From NCBI GenBank assembly GCA_039621445.1, contig CP154954.1:2542001-2606000 (forward strand): a stretch of 64,000 nucleotides of DNA. The letters are read 5' to 3'. Below are positions 45,735 through 58,495 of the stretch, piece by piece. This stretch comes from Euglena gracilis. Taxonomy: Eukaryota. Made by a program: the position numbers and the translations under genes. The first letter of the stretch is position 1, and each line of letters begins with the position of its first letter. The notes beneath the pieces are model-generated. The model had not been told where the DNA came from. It saw only the letters and a list, made by a program, of their open reading frames with translations, and did not search any database.

Positions 45735-48463
45735 ATATATATATATATAGCACCACCATCCCAAAACCTGACTCCCACGGAGGGGGGCCGAAAGTGTCCT
45801 ACCTCCCTTCTTGCCCATACTGCAGGTGGGGGATGTGTTTCGCATTTTTCACATCTGCGTTTCGCATTTTTGCGCATTTTGGAGTTTTTCCAAAATGCGC
45901 ATTTTTCACATTTTTGCCATTTTTTTCAAATTTTTTTCGGCGCATTTTTTTGCTCTTTCAGAAATGTGCTTTTTTGCGCATTTTTTGTGCACTTTTGCAC
46001 ATTTTTGCGGCTGGCGCATCCCCCCCCCTTGCATACTGCCCGCAGTACCCCCTGTGTGCATTGTGGCTGTTGTTTGGTGCCTTTTATCCCTTCAGAGGCG
46101 CTGTTTTTTGCCTCTGGCCCTTTTCGTCTGTGTATGTGGAGGTGGCCAGAGCCTGTCCGGACTGCCCTTGTTTACTGTGCCGGCCCATAGTACCTCCTCG
46201 GGGGGGGGGTGCAAACTTCCTTCGGGCAGCTATGGGATGCCCAAAGCACCGCCCTCCCCCCCCCGTTGGTGAAAAGAATCCTGCCCCGGTAGGTGGTCCA
46301 GGGCGGCTGGCTTGTTAGACTCCTGGCGGTGGAGCCCGACTCTTTACTGGAGAGGCAATGCTGATCGAGGAGGAAAGATTAATCCAATTTAATTAATTTG
46401 TGCTCTTATGTGGGGTGCTTTTTTTGCTGTTATCTGTGTTTAATCAGGTCCCACTGAAAGTCTCCCAGACGCAGTTAGAGATTTGATGGACGCAGTCGCA
46501 CCTGAAGTGGAGGGTATGTTGTTGTTTTGGTGACCCCACCTCGAAAAACCCTGCATTCCGATGGCATTGCTGATCCCCAGGCACTCCCTGGCTCCCTGGC
46601 CCTCGGGGTGTTGGACTCATAGCTCTGTGTTGATTAACACACAAATTGGGTTCATGTTCCTGCATATCTTTTGTCTCCTTCTGATTTGTCATTTGCTAAT
46701 TTGACAATTCCAAATCGTGGTGTGAAATGCACATTCAGAGGTCAGAGATTTTTCTGGCATTTTTTTTGCATGGTCCCCAAGCTGTCTCCCAATTGAGGGG
46801 AACAGCTCTCAGATGGAGCTCCTACCAAAATTATGGCAAGTATAAAAAGATTGGTTTTTTCCCATGCACTATATCTTCCATTTAGATTTGAAAGTAAAAG
46901 TTTTAGAAGGAAATTTGATCCCACCTGGGGCCATACCAAATGTTCCAGATGGAACATTGCCAAATGGAACTTAGGTCCAGCTTCGGCCCAGTTATTATTG
47001 GGAAAGGATTTCAACAGACCATTTTTGTGGCTACACATATTTTAAAAGTTTGATGTAATTGTTGTTACCTAGGCAAGAACTACAACACAAAACATTCATT
47101 GCATTTTCAGGTCGGGTGAAGTTGACAGGAACATTTTTAATCGATGAAAGTTCTGGTACAATTCTCAAAATTTTGTGAGCGCGATGCCATATTATAAGGC
47201 ATGGTTTTTTTAAGCCAAGGGGAACTTTGCCTGGGTGGGGGTTCGACCCCCACCTCCCAGGGGGGGGGGGGTAGCAGGGCTTTGGGCCTGGGGGGGATTT
47301 CGCTGAAGTAAAGCTGGGACAACAAGGTGGGCTGGATCGATATAACATTTGATGCAAATTGTCGATTTTTCATAATAGAAAGGGTCAAGAATGGCCTAAA
47401 ATGGCCGAAAACGTTTTTGCAGGTGATTTGCAGGAGTCCATTCCAACAAGAGCAATTGTTGAGGATGATGAACAAGGCGAGCCATTGTCAGGTGTGAAGT
47501 TTCATTTGCTGAAATTCTGAGCGATTTGAATGTCATTTGATTGATTTCCGATTTTTTTTAAATCCAAAGTCTGCAAATGGCTGCTTTCAAGGCTTTCACG
47601 ACAATTTTTGGACATTTTTCATTTTCATTTTTTTTTCACAGATGTTACAGGTTTTTAGCAGGTTTTTTTTTGTCAAAGTGAGGGTTTCCCCCCTCCTAAA
47701 CCAAAGGGGAGGTCTGGACCCCCCACCTGCTTTTTCACAGGAGCAGGGGGGGTGCACTAATTTGGCCATCTAAATACGCGCTAAATTCGCAAAACATTCA
47801 CCAGAAACATGTGAGGAAAATTCGCGAATCCTCTCTCTGCGACATATTTGACCATTTTCAGGATTTACTCCTCATTTCAGGCTGTGGTTTTTTGGGGGGT
47901 ATTTCCCATTTCAGAGTTTTGCCAATGTTCCGGAAAATGACCAGCAGTGGCCTAAATATGATTGACGGTGACACAAGGTGACCATAACAGTAAAGAATGG
48001 AAAAGTTCCAGCTGAAAATCCCTGAAAACCCTCAAAAAAACCCTCAGAATATGTTGCAGGTTTGTGCAAAACATGTTTTTTTCCTTACCAAAAGAAACCA
48101 AAATGCAACACATGCAAAAATCCTCTGCCTGATTGGCCCCCAAATCGCTTAATGATTTTGAAAAGGTTTGGCAACCTCGGAAAGAGAGAACATCTCTTCC
48201 AGAATTTTTTTACGTTTTTTTTTTAAGTTTGGTGACGGAGGGGGGGGTCCAGACCCCTCAGGGGGGGGGGGCGAGTGGGTACCCCGCTGGAGGCCGGGTT
48301 TTCCTTTATTTTTGGTCCGAAGCTCTGCAAAATTTTTTGGGCCCAAAAATGACCCCCAAAGTTGGTCGAAAAACCCCTGATCCTGTGCTCATATCTTCTC
48401 TTCTGCGCTTTTGCTTTTGTTTCTGTTTAATGCAGGTTCGTTTGTTTCTGTCTCCCTCGCAGA

Positions 48464-48538
48464 TGGTGACGAAAACGCCGAACAACCCCCAGGGGAGGAA
48501 GTGGGAAGTGGAGAAGCTCAAGGCACTGACCTTGGCCG
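48464..48538 (+). CDS. Possible short acidic exon (DGDENAEQPPGEEVGSGEAQGTDLG)
   Basis: Pyrimidine tract + CAG acceptor and GT donor; similar AG/GT-bounded candidates at ~30469-30548 and ~43412-43467. Confidence 0.35.
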
Positions 48539-49022
48539 GTGTGATTATGCTCTCCCCCCCCCCCCAAAACAGTCGCTTGTTTTAAGTCTCTCTTCAGGGA
48601 CACAACCGTTTTTCTATTTCAAACTCTTCTTTAAACGGAGACAATTCGACTGAAGGCACGTCATAAAATTATTGCCTTGGTTTGGTCTGAGGTTATTTCT
48701 GTTGCACTGCTGAGAAGCTGCGTGGTGGGCAGCGGCGGTCCATTAGGGACCACGTCTTGAGGTTCATCCCTCGGGCAAAGCCTGCGGCCTGAATGGGATC
48801 GGATATTGAAACGTTGAAAAAACACATGGTTATTTTTATGCTTGGGTGGCGGAGCGATTGTCCACGGACCAGAAACCAATTTTTTCCCAATGTCGACGTG
48901 TTTTCCCTGTAGAAATTATTTTGCCATTTTTCTCCTGAATTCTTGGTCGAACCGGGAAAGATATTTTTTGTTTGCTAATTTTATTTGTTTGTTTGTTTGC
49001 TTGTTAGTTTGTTTGTTCATTT

Positions 49023-49136
49023 GTTATGTTTATGTTATGTTATGTTATGTTATGTTATGTTATGTTATGTTATGTTATGTTATGTTATTTATTTATTTAT
49101 TATTTATTTATTTAATTTATTTATTTATTTGTTTAT
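49023..49136. repeat. (TTATG)n and (TTTA)n microsatellites
   Basis: Direct inspection. Confidence 0.92.
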
Positions 49137-49974
49137 TTTCGGTATAGATTCAATAACCTCTCTGGCACTGGCTCGGGGTGTTCTGAAGCCGGAAGGGACC
49201 TAAACCAGCATTTTTTCCTGGCCAGCAGCTGCCTGCCAGGTTGTGGATCTCAGGGGGGGGGGCATTGAAATGTGGTGGGGCCAGCCCAGCAAAGCCAGGC
49301 TTGACCGATAAAATTTTTTCACCAAGACCTCACTCTGGCCATGCACAGAAGGGCCCCCGGTACACCGTAACACATCAGAGAGACTCCCATAAGCTCAGGG
49401 GGCTTCTGTTAACTATTGCGCTTAAGCGCAATAGTTTGACATTGTGCTTAAGTGCAATGTCCTTTCAAATAGCAGATGTATTTGAATGTGTTCGTGCTGT
49501 GTGAGAAGGTGCGGGATGGAGGAAAATGAGGAGGGGGGTTTGAGCGCTGCTCTGCCAGAAGCTTGGTTGGTGCTTTTGAACTATTCAGGAACTGAGTTGC
49601 TGTTCCAATGAGTTGAATCACGGGCGGTAGGCTGTGGAGCCTCAGTGACTTTGCACTCGGTGCACAAAAAGGGGTTTTTTGGGATGTTGACAGAAAGACC
49701 TGTTTCGGCTGAACAATGCCCTACATCTGCCCAGTGTGATTGTCTGGTGGGGTGCAAATTACTGAATCAAAGTGTGTCAGAATGTCTTCCCTTCTCCGCT
49801 GTTGTTGATGGACCATTTCGATCTCTCAATTCCATTCGCTCATCCGCAAAGTTGTGTGCTTCAAATCCTGGGTGAGAAAAAGGGGGTGACGAGCTTCTTT
49901 TTAAAACACCTTTCGACGCCTAAAGCTGTTTCCTCGGCTGTGATTCCAATCAGACAATTGCTTAAGCACTGTCC

Positions 49975-50298
49975 CACCCCCCCCCCCGGGGGGGTGGGGG
50001 ACTGGTTTTTTCAAAGTGACTGCCTGGTTTTTTGGCCCGGACCCCTCCCCCCCTTGCCTTGGGGGGGGGGTCGGCCAGGAGTGGGCAAAAGTGGCTTGAG
50101 TGACCCCGGCGCCGAAGGCACCGGAAAATTTTTTGGGGCCTAAAATGGCCTAAAGTGACTGGAAAGTGGCCGTTTTTCTGAGTGGCCGACCCGCCACCCC
50201 CCCCCGGGGGGGCAGTGACTGGCTGTTTTTTTTAAAATGAGTGACTGACTGGTTAAAAAAGTGGATTGACCCCCCTCCCCCCCCCCGGGGGTCGGTAA
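49975..50298. mobile_element. Dispersed ~320-bp MITE-like repeat; second copy at ~60022-60336
   Basis: Shared AAAAGTGGCTTGAGTGACCCCGGCGCCGAAGG...GGCCTAAAATGGCCTAAAGTGACTGGAAAGTGGCCG. Confidence 0.85.
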
Positions 50299-50624
50299 GC
50301 AATTGTATGATTCCAATGCTTCATCTAGTACCTTTCTTTTCCTAATCGAAAATTTTTGCCTAAAAGAAGGGCCCTCAGGCATGCTTAACTGCGAAGCAAG
50401 TGGGAGGAACCTCCGGCACTGGCAGTTGGGCTCACAACGCCTAGGGCAAGACACGTCTGGATGTGAAGAAGTTAGTGGTTGCATTCACACACCAGGGGGT
50501 GGGTTTCCTGTCCCAGGCAAAGTTTTCCTCCACTTTAGCTCTGTCCGCTCTGGTAATGAGATGCTTCCAGTATTGTTTTCTCCGCCCACAGTGATAAAGA
50601 TAAGGAGTGAAAATTTGGTAACTG

Positions 50625-51030
50625 TTGCGCCACAGCGCAATGGGCAGGCTTATGTAGAATGAAATTTCAAGAGTGATATTACGCCAAAGCGCAATAGAAA
50701 TACAATTTTTAATGTTGTAAAAGCAGCGTGGGTGTTTGCGCCAAATGTTGACCATTTCTAACGCAACGTGACCGGGAGTAGGCTTCCGTCCCCCTGTCTT
50801 ATGTTTTTGTGCTCTATCCCGTCTGGTGCTCATGCTCATACTCTACCAAGGCTGTTCTCTCCCTCCGGTGTGAGATAAGTTTCAAGCAGTTATATTGCGC
50901 TTCGGCGCAACTCCCCGCTAATGTAAAATTGTATTTATATTGCGCTTTGGCGCAATTTATATTGCGCTTTGGCGCAATATAACTCTTAAATTTCCATTCT
51001 TTATGAGCCTGCCCATCGCGCTGTGGCAAA
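50625..51030. repeat. Inverted-repeat element rich in (TT)GCGCAA motifs
   Basis: 50625-50697 is the imperfect reverse complement of 50959-51030. Confidence 0.7.
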
Positions 51031-51675
51031 CACATGTTGACACATATGTTGTTATTATTGTGCAAGTACAGCAATGGTCACCCACATGCTGAATTGCAAG
51101 TAAAATGTTTGCGTTAAAGCGCAATTTGTTTTTATTTTTGTCATAAAAAATTGTTGCGCCAAAGCCCAACTGCGCAACCCCTCGTTTCATTACCCGGCGC
51201 TTTGGGTTCAAGCACATTGTGCCCCGGGAGCCCTGTGCCTTCAGACCGTAGAGTTCAAAGTCGTTGTTTCCGTCCTGAGTCCCTGGGGGTGTAGGGAGAC
51301 ACTAATGCGGGCTGTCTCAAGTCTCAGGCCTCGGTGTTCGAAAACATGAAAAAATTTTGGCATTGCGTGTTGGCGCAAATTTGCAGTCACTTTCAAAGCT
51401 AAGTGTGGGAGTTAGGCCGCCTAAGACGGTGTTTGTTGTTTGTTTTGCATCCCATTCTTTGAAGAAGATGTTTGTTGCGTGTTTTGTTGGTTGTCACAGG
51501 GGGCATCCAGGCGAATGTTGATTCTTTGAAGGGGGCAATGTGCTTTATTTATTTGTGCCATTTTTTTCAATCCCATTCTCTACAGTCATTGTTTGTTTCA
51601 AATTCAAGGATGGCCAAGGGTTGTTTTTGCTTTACTATCCATGCTTCTGTGTGAATCATTGCTGGTTGTTACCAG

Positions 51676-51836
51676 GGAGAAGGAGCGGGACCACGACAAA
51701 AAGAGGAAGAAGGAGAAGAAGGAGAAGAAGGACAAGAAAGAGAAGAAGGAAAAGCACGAAAAGAGGGAAAAGAAACGGCACCGAAAAGATGAGCTTGCTG
51801 GCGAGGAGGTTGAAGACGATACCAAAGACTTTGGAG
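51676..51836 (+). CDS. Probable Lys/Glu-rich exon (EKERDHDKKRKKEKKEKKDKKEKKEKHEKREKKRHRKDEL...)
   Basis: Purine-rich, codon-structured stretch bounded by CAG and GT; typical of nuclear low-complexity tails. Confidence 0.5.
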
Positions 51837-53398
51837 GTTTTGAGAAGCTGCCTTTTCCCATCATTTTTCTCCATTGCTTTCTTTCGACATTTGACAAAAA
51901 TTTTGCATCTGAATTTTTACTCTCATTAAAGGTGTTGATTGCCGGAGAAATTGAGAAGAATCAAAACGGAAAAGCCATGGCCAGCTACCAGTCGTGCTGG
52001 CAGTTTCCCAGGGGATGGTCGGGATGACGATTTCAAGGTGGGGATTTCCGAGAGAAAAAATGTTAAAATAAACCCACTTTTTTTCAAACAATTAAAAAAA
52101 ATCAAAAAAGTATTGAAAAGCAACAATTTTATCTTCCGCCTGGGGAGGCCCCAGACGGTAGACTGGGGGGAGGGTAACCCAATTGGTCAGCCGACTAGGC
52201 CTAGTCGGTAGCTAGTCGGCGAGATGGGGGGGGGGGGGAATTTGGTATTTGGACAGATTGTAACCTCTACTCTCAGTTATTGGAAACCGGGGGTTCATTT
52301 ATTAACGGGTCCAATGGCGCCGACTTTTAAACCCCCCTGAAAAAAATATTGTCCAAAATCATCCCAAAGCTGGCAGAAACCTGCCCAAATGGCTTTTAGA
52401 ACCCCCCAAACTAGTTCGGATAAATCCCGATAATTTCCATTTCTTTCAGAGGAGATCGGATTTAAAAAGGCATTGGTTGCGATCTCATTTGCAACAATGG
52501 AACAGCTCCACGACCAATCATTTAAAAAGCATCCCGTACCCCATAAACCTGGGGGGGGTTGTAGGACCTCATTTGGTTGGTCGACAGAAGGGGGTTTGGA
52601 ATTTTAAAAAAATGCTGGTTGAAATCCGACCCCAAAAATGATCCAAAAACCCACAGGACTTTTGTCTTTTGTCGACAACACGAAAGACAAAAAAAGATAT
52701 TTTTGTTCAAAGCATGCATAGACACAGAGGGGGCGGCAGCAGTCAGGGGTAGAAACACGACACAATGTTTTTGTTTTGTGAAGACATGAAACATGTATCC
52801 TCTGTTCCAAGTGAAGAGGGATTATAACACTGAAAACAATGACGATACATTCATCAGCACAAACAAATCTTTCTTTTTGCTTGACTAAATAAAAGCTGTA
52901 TCACAGACTCAAAAAATTAACACAATAAAATTAACGCCCAGAAACATTCAATCAACAAAAACAGAGAGATTGCCAATATCCCTAGGTATAAGCAACCTTT
53001 TGGCTGATTTTCGGCCGACACCCAAATATAAGCAACCGGTCGCTTATATTTGGGGGGGGGGGTTACCCTGACAACAGGTATTTGTGAGTGAAACCCGTTT
53101 TTCATGTATTTTAGCAGATGGGTGAAAGTACCTAAATTTTACCATCAATGAAAAGCTTGAGTACCTAAAGTACCCTAAAGTGGTCCCCCGGACCCCCCCC
53201 CCAGGAGGGGGTTTGGGGTCCCCCCCAGGGAGTCGGTGGGTGCCGACCCCCCGGGTCCGCATCTACTTGGACCCATGCCCCAATTGCTTCCATCGGGCAT
53301 TGCCCAAGCCTTTGTTTCCGAGCGCGTCGGCTCCTTTCCTGGCTGCCTCAACCTCCGCCCCGCAGCGGTCGTCCGTTTCCCCCGCCGCCCCCCGCACG

Positions 53399-56300
53399 AT
53401 GCAGCACGCGCTGGCCGAGGAGGTGAGGTGCCCCGTCTGCCTGGACCTGTTCGAGGACCCCGTCGTGCTGGCCTGCCCCCATTCTGTGTGGCCAGGGCCG
53501 GGCTGGGGCTGGGGCTGGGATGGTGTGTCCGTGAATTGGGAGGTCCGTGTGTTGGCGCTTTTTTTCCCCCTTCCGGCTCAATATTGCGACTGGCGACGCT
53601 CTTGTCCATTCTAATATTTTTGTCTCCCATGTTTCTTGGTGATGTCCTCATGTCGGTGCATTCCGTCTCCGGGAGGAAATTGGGCTGGGATTTGACCACT
53701 TTTTTTTCGTTGATTGTGTTGCTTCTTCTCCGCCAGCGGTGTGTCGCCCGACCTTGCCCTCGTCGGAGGTGTGCGGCGCAGCAAATGGCGTTCCAGCAGA
53801 CTGCCGCCCCGGCTCCGCCACCACAGCTCACAGGGCCTCTTTTGCCCTCTTTTATTATTTTGGGGGGTTGCCCATTGGGGCCCACACCAATGCCCATGGG
53901 GGGAGCATGGAGCATGCCCCTGTGGGCATTGGCTTGCGGAGTGTGCACCAAAATAACCCTCTCCCCGCGGCATTGTGATGCTCGATAAGTTTTCATTGGG
54001 ATGCCCTGTGACCGCCATGCCTTGCGAACGCGTGTAGTCCCTGGCAATGCCGACCTGTCAAATGACCATTTCTGACAGGACAAGGGAGAAGGGAGAGCGG
54101 TGCAAGAAAATCCAACGCTGAAAAACCTCGAAGGTCAGCCCTCGGAACTCAGAGAGTTCATGAAACATTCAGCCAGCGACAAAATGTGCATTTCCTGGAA
54201 AGCTCCCTAAAATTCCCACAATTTGTGATTTTGATGCCATGGAATTTCGCCTGTGCATCGTTTTATGGATTCTCTCCATCGGGTGTGTCTGTTCCAAAAC
54301 CACTTTTTGGGGGGATTGGATTTTGGGGTTGGGGTGGTATGGTGCACCAATTGGAGGAAAAAAAGGGGAGACCTGGTGAGGGACACCCCCAAACCAGATT
54401 TGGTCTCAGTTGTTTCTCCTGTTCATGGCCCGACTCTATCAGAGTGATCCTTGGGGGGGAGCATTCTTGGGCTGACAAATCATTATTTTTTGGGTGCCTC
54501 CGTGAATTGCACTGACCTGAGCCACAGGCAAATATTAATTCTATGACAATTTTTTTTGTGTGTAGTTCCCAATCTCCCCCAAAATGTGCATTTTTGTGCG
54601 AAATGGGTGTGATTTTGTTTGTGGAAGTTGTAATATCCGCCCCAAAAAATATTCTGTCGCCCTGGAAGGTGCCCTCGGGTGGCTTCTCATTGGGGGGGGG
54701 GGGTTGTGTTTGGGGTGGACACTGGCTTTGTTTTCGGTTGACAACATTTCTCTTCCCCGCAAGCATCTCTCGCCCATCGATGGTGCAGTGCGGGTCACAG
54801 TCCTCCGACTCTGTGTCAGGCTTTGGGGTTTGGTTGGGGGTTCCGGCGACGCTTTTCTGTGCTTTCCGTTATTTTTTTTTTGCTTTTCGCCTGGGGGGGG
54901 GGGGGGGAGGGGGCCCTGGGGCCGGCGTTCCCGTGCCCGCTGTGCCGGCAGCCCACGCCCCTCCCAAAGGGCGTGGCCGCGCTGCCCCGGAACCACCGGC
55001 CAGAGCCATCGTGGCGATGGCAATGTTTCCATTTGTAGCAGCCTCTCATTTGTTGCCCCCCCCCCAAGGTGGATCCAGGGATTCCCGCAACACTATGGGT
55101 GGTTGGTGGGGGGGGGGTCGACCACCCCCTCCCACCCCCATCCTGGGGGTGGGGCGGGGGCCGTCCCCCCCCCCCAACAAGGCCTTCCCATATTTTTTCT
55201 TTTATCAATTTTTTTCTTGAGCAGGTGCCATGGTGGGGTGTCGGCCCCCACCTCCCAGGTGGGTGTGGGGGTTGCGCCTCCCCCCCCAGGCCTTCCGATA
55301 CAACCCTTGGGGGGGGGGGGGTTCCACAAGCGTACTAAGGGGTCGGTGGTCCCCTTCCGTGCCCCCCAGAGAATGCCAAAAATCGGTCGAATTTGCCATC
55401 TTTATCTATTTATTTTTATGTCCTCGGCGACTTCTGATTTGGGTGAAACCATTGTAAACCACGTGAAGCATTTTGGAAAATCACGTAAATGGCTTGAAAT
55501 CACCTAAAATAACAAATGAGAATTAAGGGTGATAAATATTTCTCTCTTTTTTCTCCCACCGGTTTTTCGATGTCTTCTGGAAATTTTTAAATTTTGAAGA
55601 ATCTTTCATTATATACCCCAAATTTCCCTGATTTTTTTTTGGCCGTACGAATGAAAAAACTTTGTCAATATGCGTGATGAAGCGTTTCCCAAAAACAACG
55701 GCGTATGGCCGATGCACCCCACGGTGCCAAGCCTTCCATGCAGGATGAGCCCGGGGCGGGCAGCCCACCCCGTTGCCTTGCCCCCACCTGGGCAACGTGG
55801 TGGACCAGCTGCGGAGGCACGGGTTGCCCCCGGCGGCCACTGCTCAGACCCAGGGGATGGGGCGGGCCCCCGTGTGCAGGAATTTCGACCAGACTGTGCT
55901 CCGGCGACACCGAACAAGCAAGGTCGCAACAAAACGCCGGCTGTCGCTGTCTGTGGCATCCGTGGTGGAATTTCTTTTCATGGAGAAGAGCGCACAGCAT
56001 GGCGGCGCTGTGGGCCACACGGACACGGATGACACCAACCAACGTATGTGGTTGGCGTGGCCTCACACAGAACGGTCGGCACGGAATCCAGGTTGGCGTG
56101 ACAGGGTCCATCCCCAACCACGCCCTGCCGTTGGGCGCAAAAGGGAGGACGGTCATCGGGGGCAATGTGGGCGCGTGGCAACCGCAGGCGGCAGTCTGCC
56201 GCTCGCACCAGCCGCAGATCAGCCCCGTCGTGGCCGCCGCCGTCACCACCGTTGTCGCCGTGGTCAAGCGCGTCTGGTCAGCCATGCCCGGCCCAGCATC

Positions 56301-58495
56301 CTCCAATATTTGCCCCAAATCAATGCAAAATAGCCCCCAAATTAGCAAAAAAAAAATCCAAATGGCCAAGGCGGGTGTAACGTTGGAGATTTGTGGGAAA
56401 ATTATCCTGAAAAGGGTTTAATTCTTCAAAATGTGCAAAAAAATGCAAGCATCGCCCAGCATCATTAGAGGTGCTTGGCCGTGGGGCAAGGTGCCGCTGT
56501 GCGGGTCGCTGCTCTGCCCTTCCTGCCACGCGGCGGTGCACATCGGGGCCCTGGCCCGCCACCCCGTCACCGACGTGAGCAGTGGGGCTGCCGGGCATCC
56601 CTGGCGTCGAGGGATGGCACGAACCCAGACCCTGACCCCAACCCCCACCCTGCCATCCCATCTCCCACCTGACCCTAACCCTAATCCCGACTTTAACCTG
56701 TACCAAACCACCCCCTCCCCCCCCCGCACCTATTCCCCCTATTCCCTGCACCCCTATTCCACCCAACCCCCCCCACCCCACCCTCCCTCACCGAGTTTGT
56801 AAACCCTCCCCCCCCAATAATACCCCCCCAAATAATCCCCCCCCCTCGGGCCCCCTTCGGCCACCGAATTAATACCCCCCTCAAAATCTCGGGCCAACGA
56901 CCCGGACTTTGACCAGAAGTTTTGGGTGAAAATCACAATCTCTGACAACAAGCTGCAAAAAAATCAATTTTTCTGGATCATCTGTCCTCCAAAAATGCTA
57001 AATTTTATGAGAAAGGACAAAAATGACCCCAAAGGGGGGTTTTGGGTGCTATTTTGGGTCTTACGGGACTTCGAAAAATTTCGAAAACTTTGGGGTGCTA
57101 CCAGGTTTTGAATGGCGCTGAGCTCTTAATAAGCGTGCACCCACCCCTTCATTGACCCCCATATACGCTGGCCCACTCCATGGAGCTCTTTTGACTGAAA
57201 TGCAAGGGTTTTGTGCCCGAAACGTGAGGCCAGGGGGGCAAAAGACGCTGATTTTTGGCTCAAGAAACACCTTTTCCGGGTCTGGGAGGCCAAAAAAACA
57301 TGGTTTCGGGCATAAAAAATGTCGATTTTTTTCGACTTTTTTGACCCGGTTTTGACCCAAAGTCAATGGGGTTGGCGGCCCAAAACGGGGCGCTGGCGGG
57401 TCGAAAAACGCTCATTTTCGGCTCAAAAACAGTTTTTCCGGGTCCGGGGGGCCAAAAAAACATCGTTTCAGGCAAAAAAATTTCAATTTTTTTTTGGTAT
57501 TTATTTCGACTTTTTTGTCCCAAAACGGTTACATCTGACATTTGGAAAAAGTGCGCAAAATGTCCCAAATTGGCGGGAAAACGGCGGTGTCTCGGGCCAG
57601 CCGCACAGTTGCGGGGAAATCAAAATACCGGCAGATGGGGCATTCCAAGGGCTTCAAATTAGGTCTCCGGACATTTCCTTTGATTTTGTATCATTTTCAA
57701 GAGATTTTGAAAATTGAGTTTTGACCCTCCCCCGCCCCCCGAAAACGGCTGAGTCGGACAGAGGGAAAAGTGTACAAAACGGCCATCTGGGCCGAAAAAC
57801 GGCCGTATCTCGGGCTACGCGGGGCGTTGCGGGGAAATCAAAATACCGGTAGATAGGGTGTTCCAAACGCTCAAATCAGGGAGACACCTGCCCCCCCCCC
57901 AACCCTCGCCCTCCACCTCCTTGCTAGGGTGCAGGGCCATACCCGCCAGCTCCTGGGCAGGCTGCTTCTTAATAAAAGTTGCACCCCGGGGGATGCTGAT
58001 GGACAGGCAGAGATATTTCGCCCCCCTCCAGGCAGAGTACTAAGTGAGCGTTGGTTTTGTACAAAGGGGGGGTCGACCCCAGGGAGGGAGGGAGGGAGGG
58101 AGGGAGGGAGGGTCCGGACCCCCCACCCTTGCAGTCGAGAGCACCCTGGAACCAAAGAAATTCTTCGCACCCTGGGGGGGGGGTCTGGCTTTCGGGTGGG
58201 TAGTGCTAAATGTACATATAGCACACCCCCAGGGGGCGGCCCAATAATGGTCATTTTCAAAGTGAAAGCTGGCGGGGCTCGGCCACGACCCAATACCCTG
58301 GATTTGTTTGCCCTGGGCAGACACCCAAAGCAAAGCACCCCCCCCCCCGCCGGTGGGGCGCCAAAAGGAAGCCTGCTCCCGGGGCTGCTCGACCAGCAGC
58401 AGACGGTGGTCGAGCCACCGCAGCAGCGGGCTGCCGGGCTGCTGGCCCGGCTGCCGGGGGCGAAGGCTGCAGCTGCCCGGCTGCTGGCGCGGGCT
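53399..58495 (+). CDS. TRIM-like RING/B-box E3 ligase gene; exons ~53399-53489, 53762-53829, 54924-54997, 55786-55841, 56273-56173 (minus strand), 56499-56576, possibly 58372-58495
   Basis: Spliced product [34 protein letters not shown]...AFPCPLCRQPTPLPKGVAALPRNHHLGNVVDQL...ICGWCERQTAACGCHACGSLLCPSCHAAVHIGALARH: complete C3HC4 RING plus B-box; candidate trans-splice acceptor CGCAG at 53361-53365. Confidence 0.8.
53490..53761 (+). other. Euglenid non-canonical (non GT-AG) intron
   Basis: Starts GGCCAGGGCCGGGC (CAG at +4..+6), ends GCCCGACCTTGCCCTC; the ends base-pair and removal restores HSVCRRC. Confidence 0.8.
57230..57870. repeat. Dispersed element containing satellite-like monomers; inverted relative to 62105-62650; relatives at ~34240-34380 and ~35990-36420
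   Basis: TTTTGACCCAAAGTCAATGGG and GGGGAAATCAAAATACCGG blocks recur. Confidence 0.8.

Noticed and set aside
49131-49200. TTTTCG-GTATAG resembling an SL exon/intron junction
   Set aside because: Only the last few bases match, and they are the end of a (TTTA)n microsatellite; the rest of the SL is absent.
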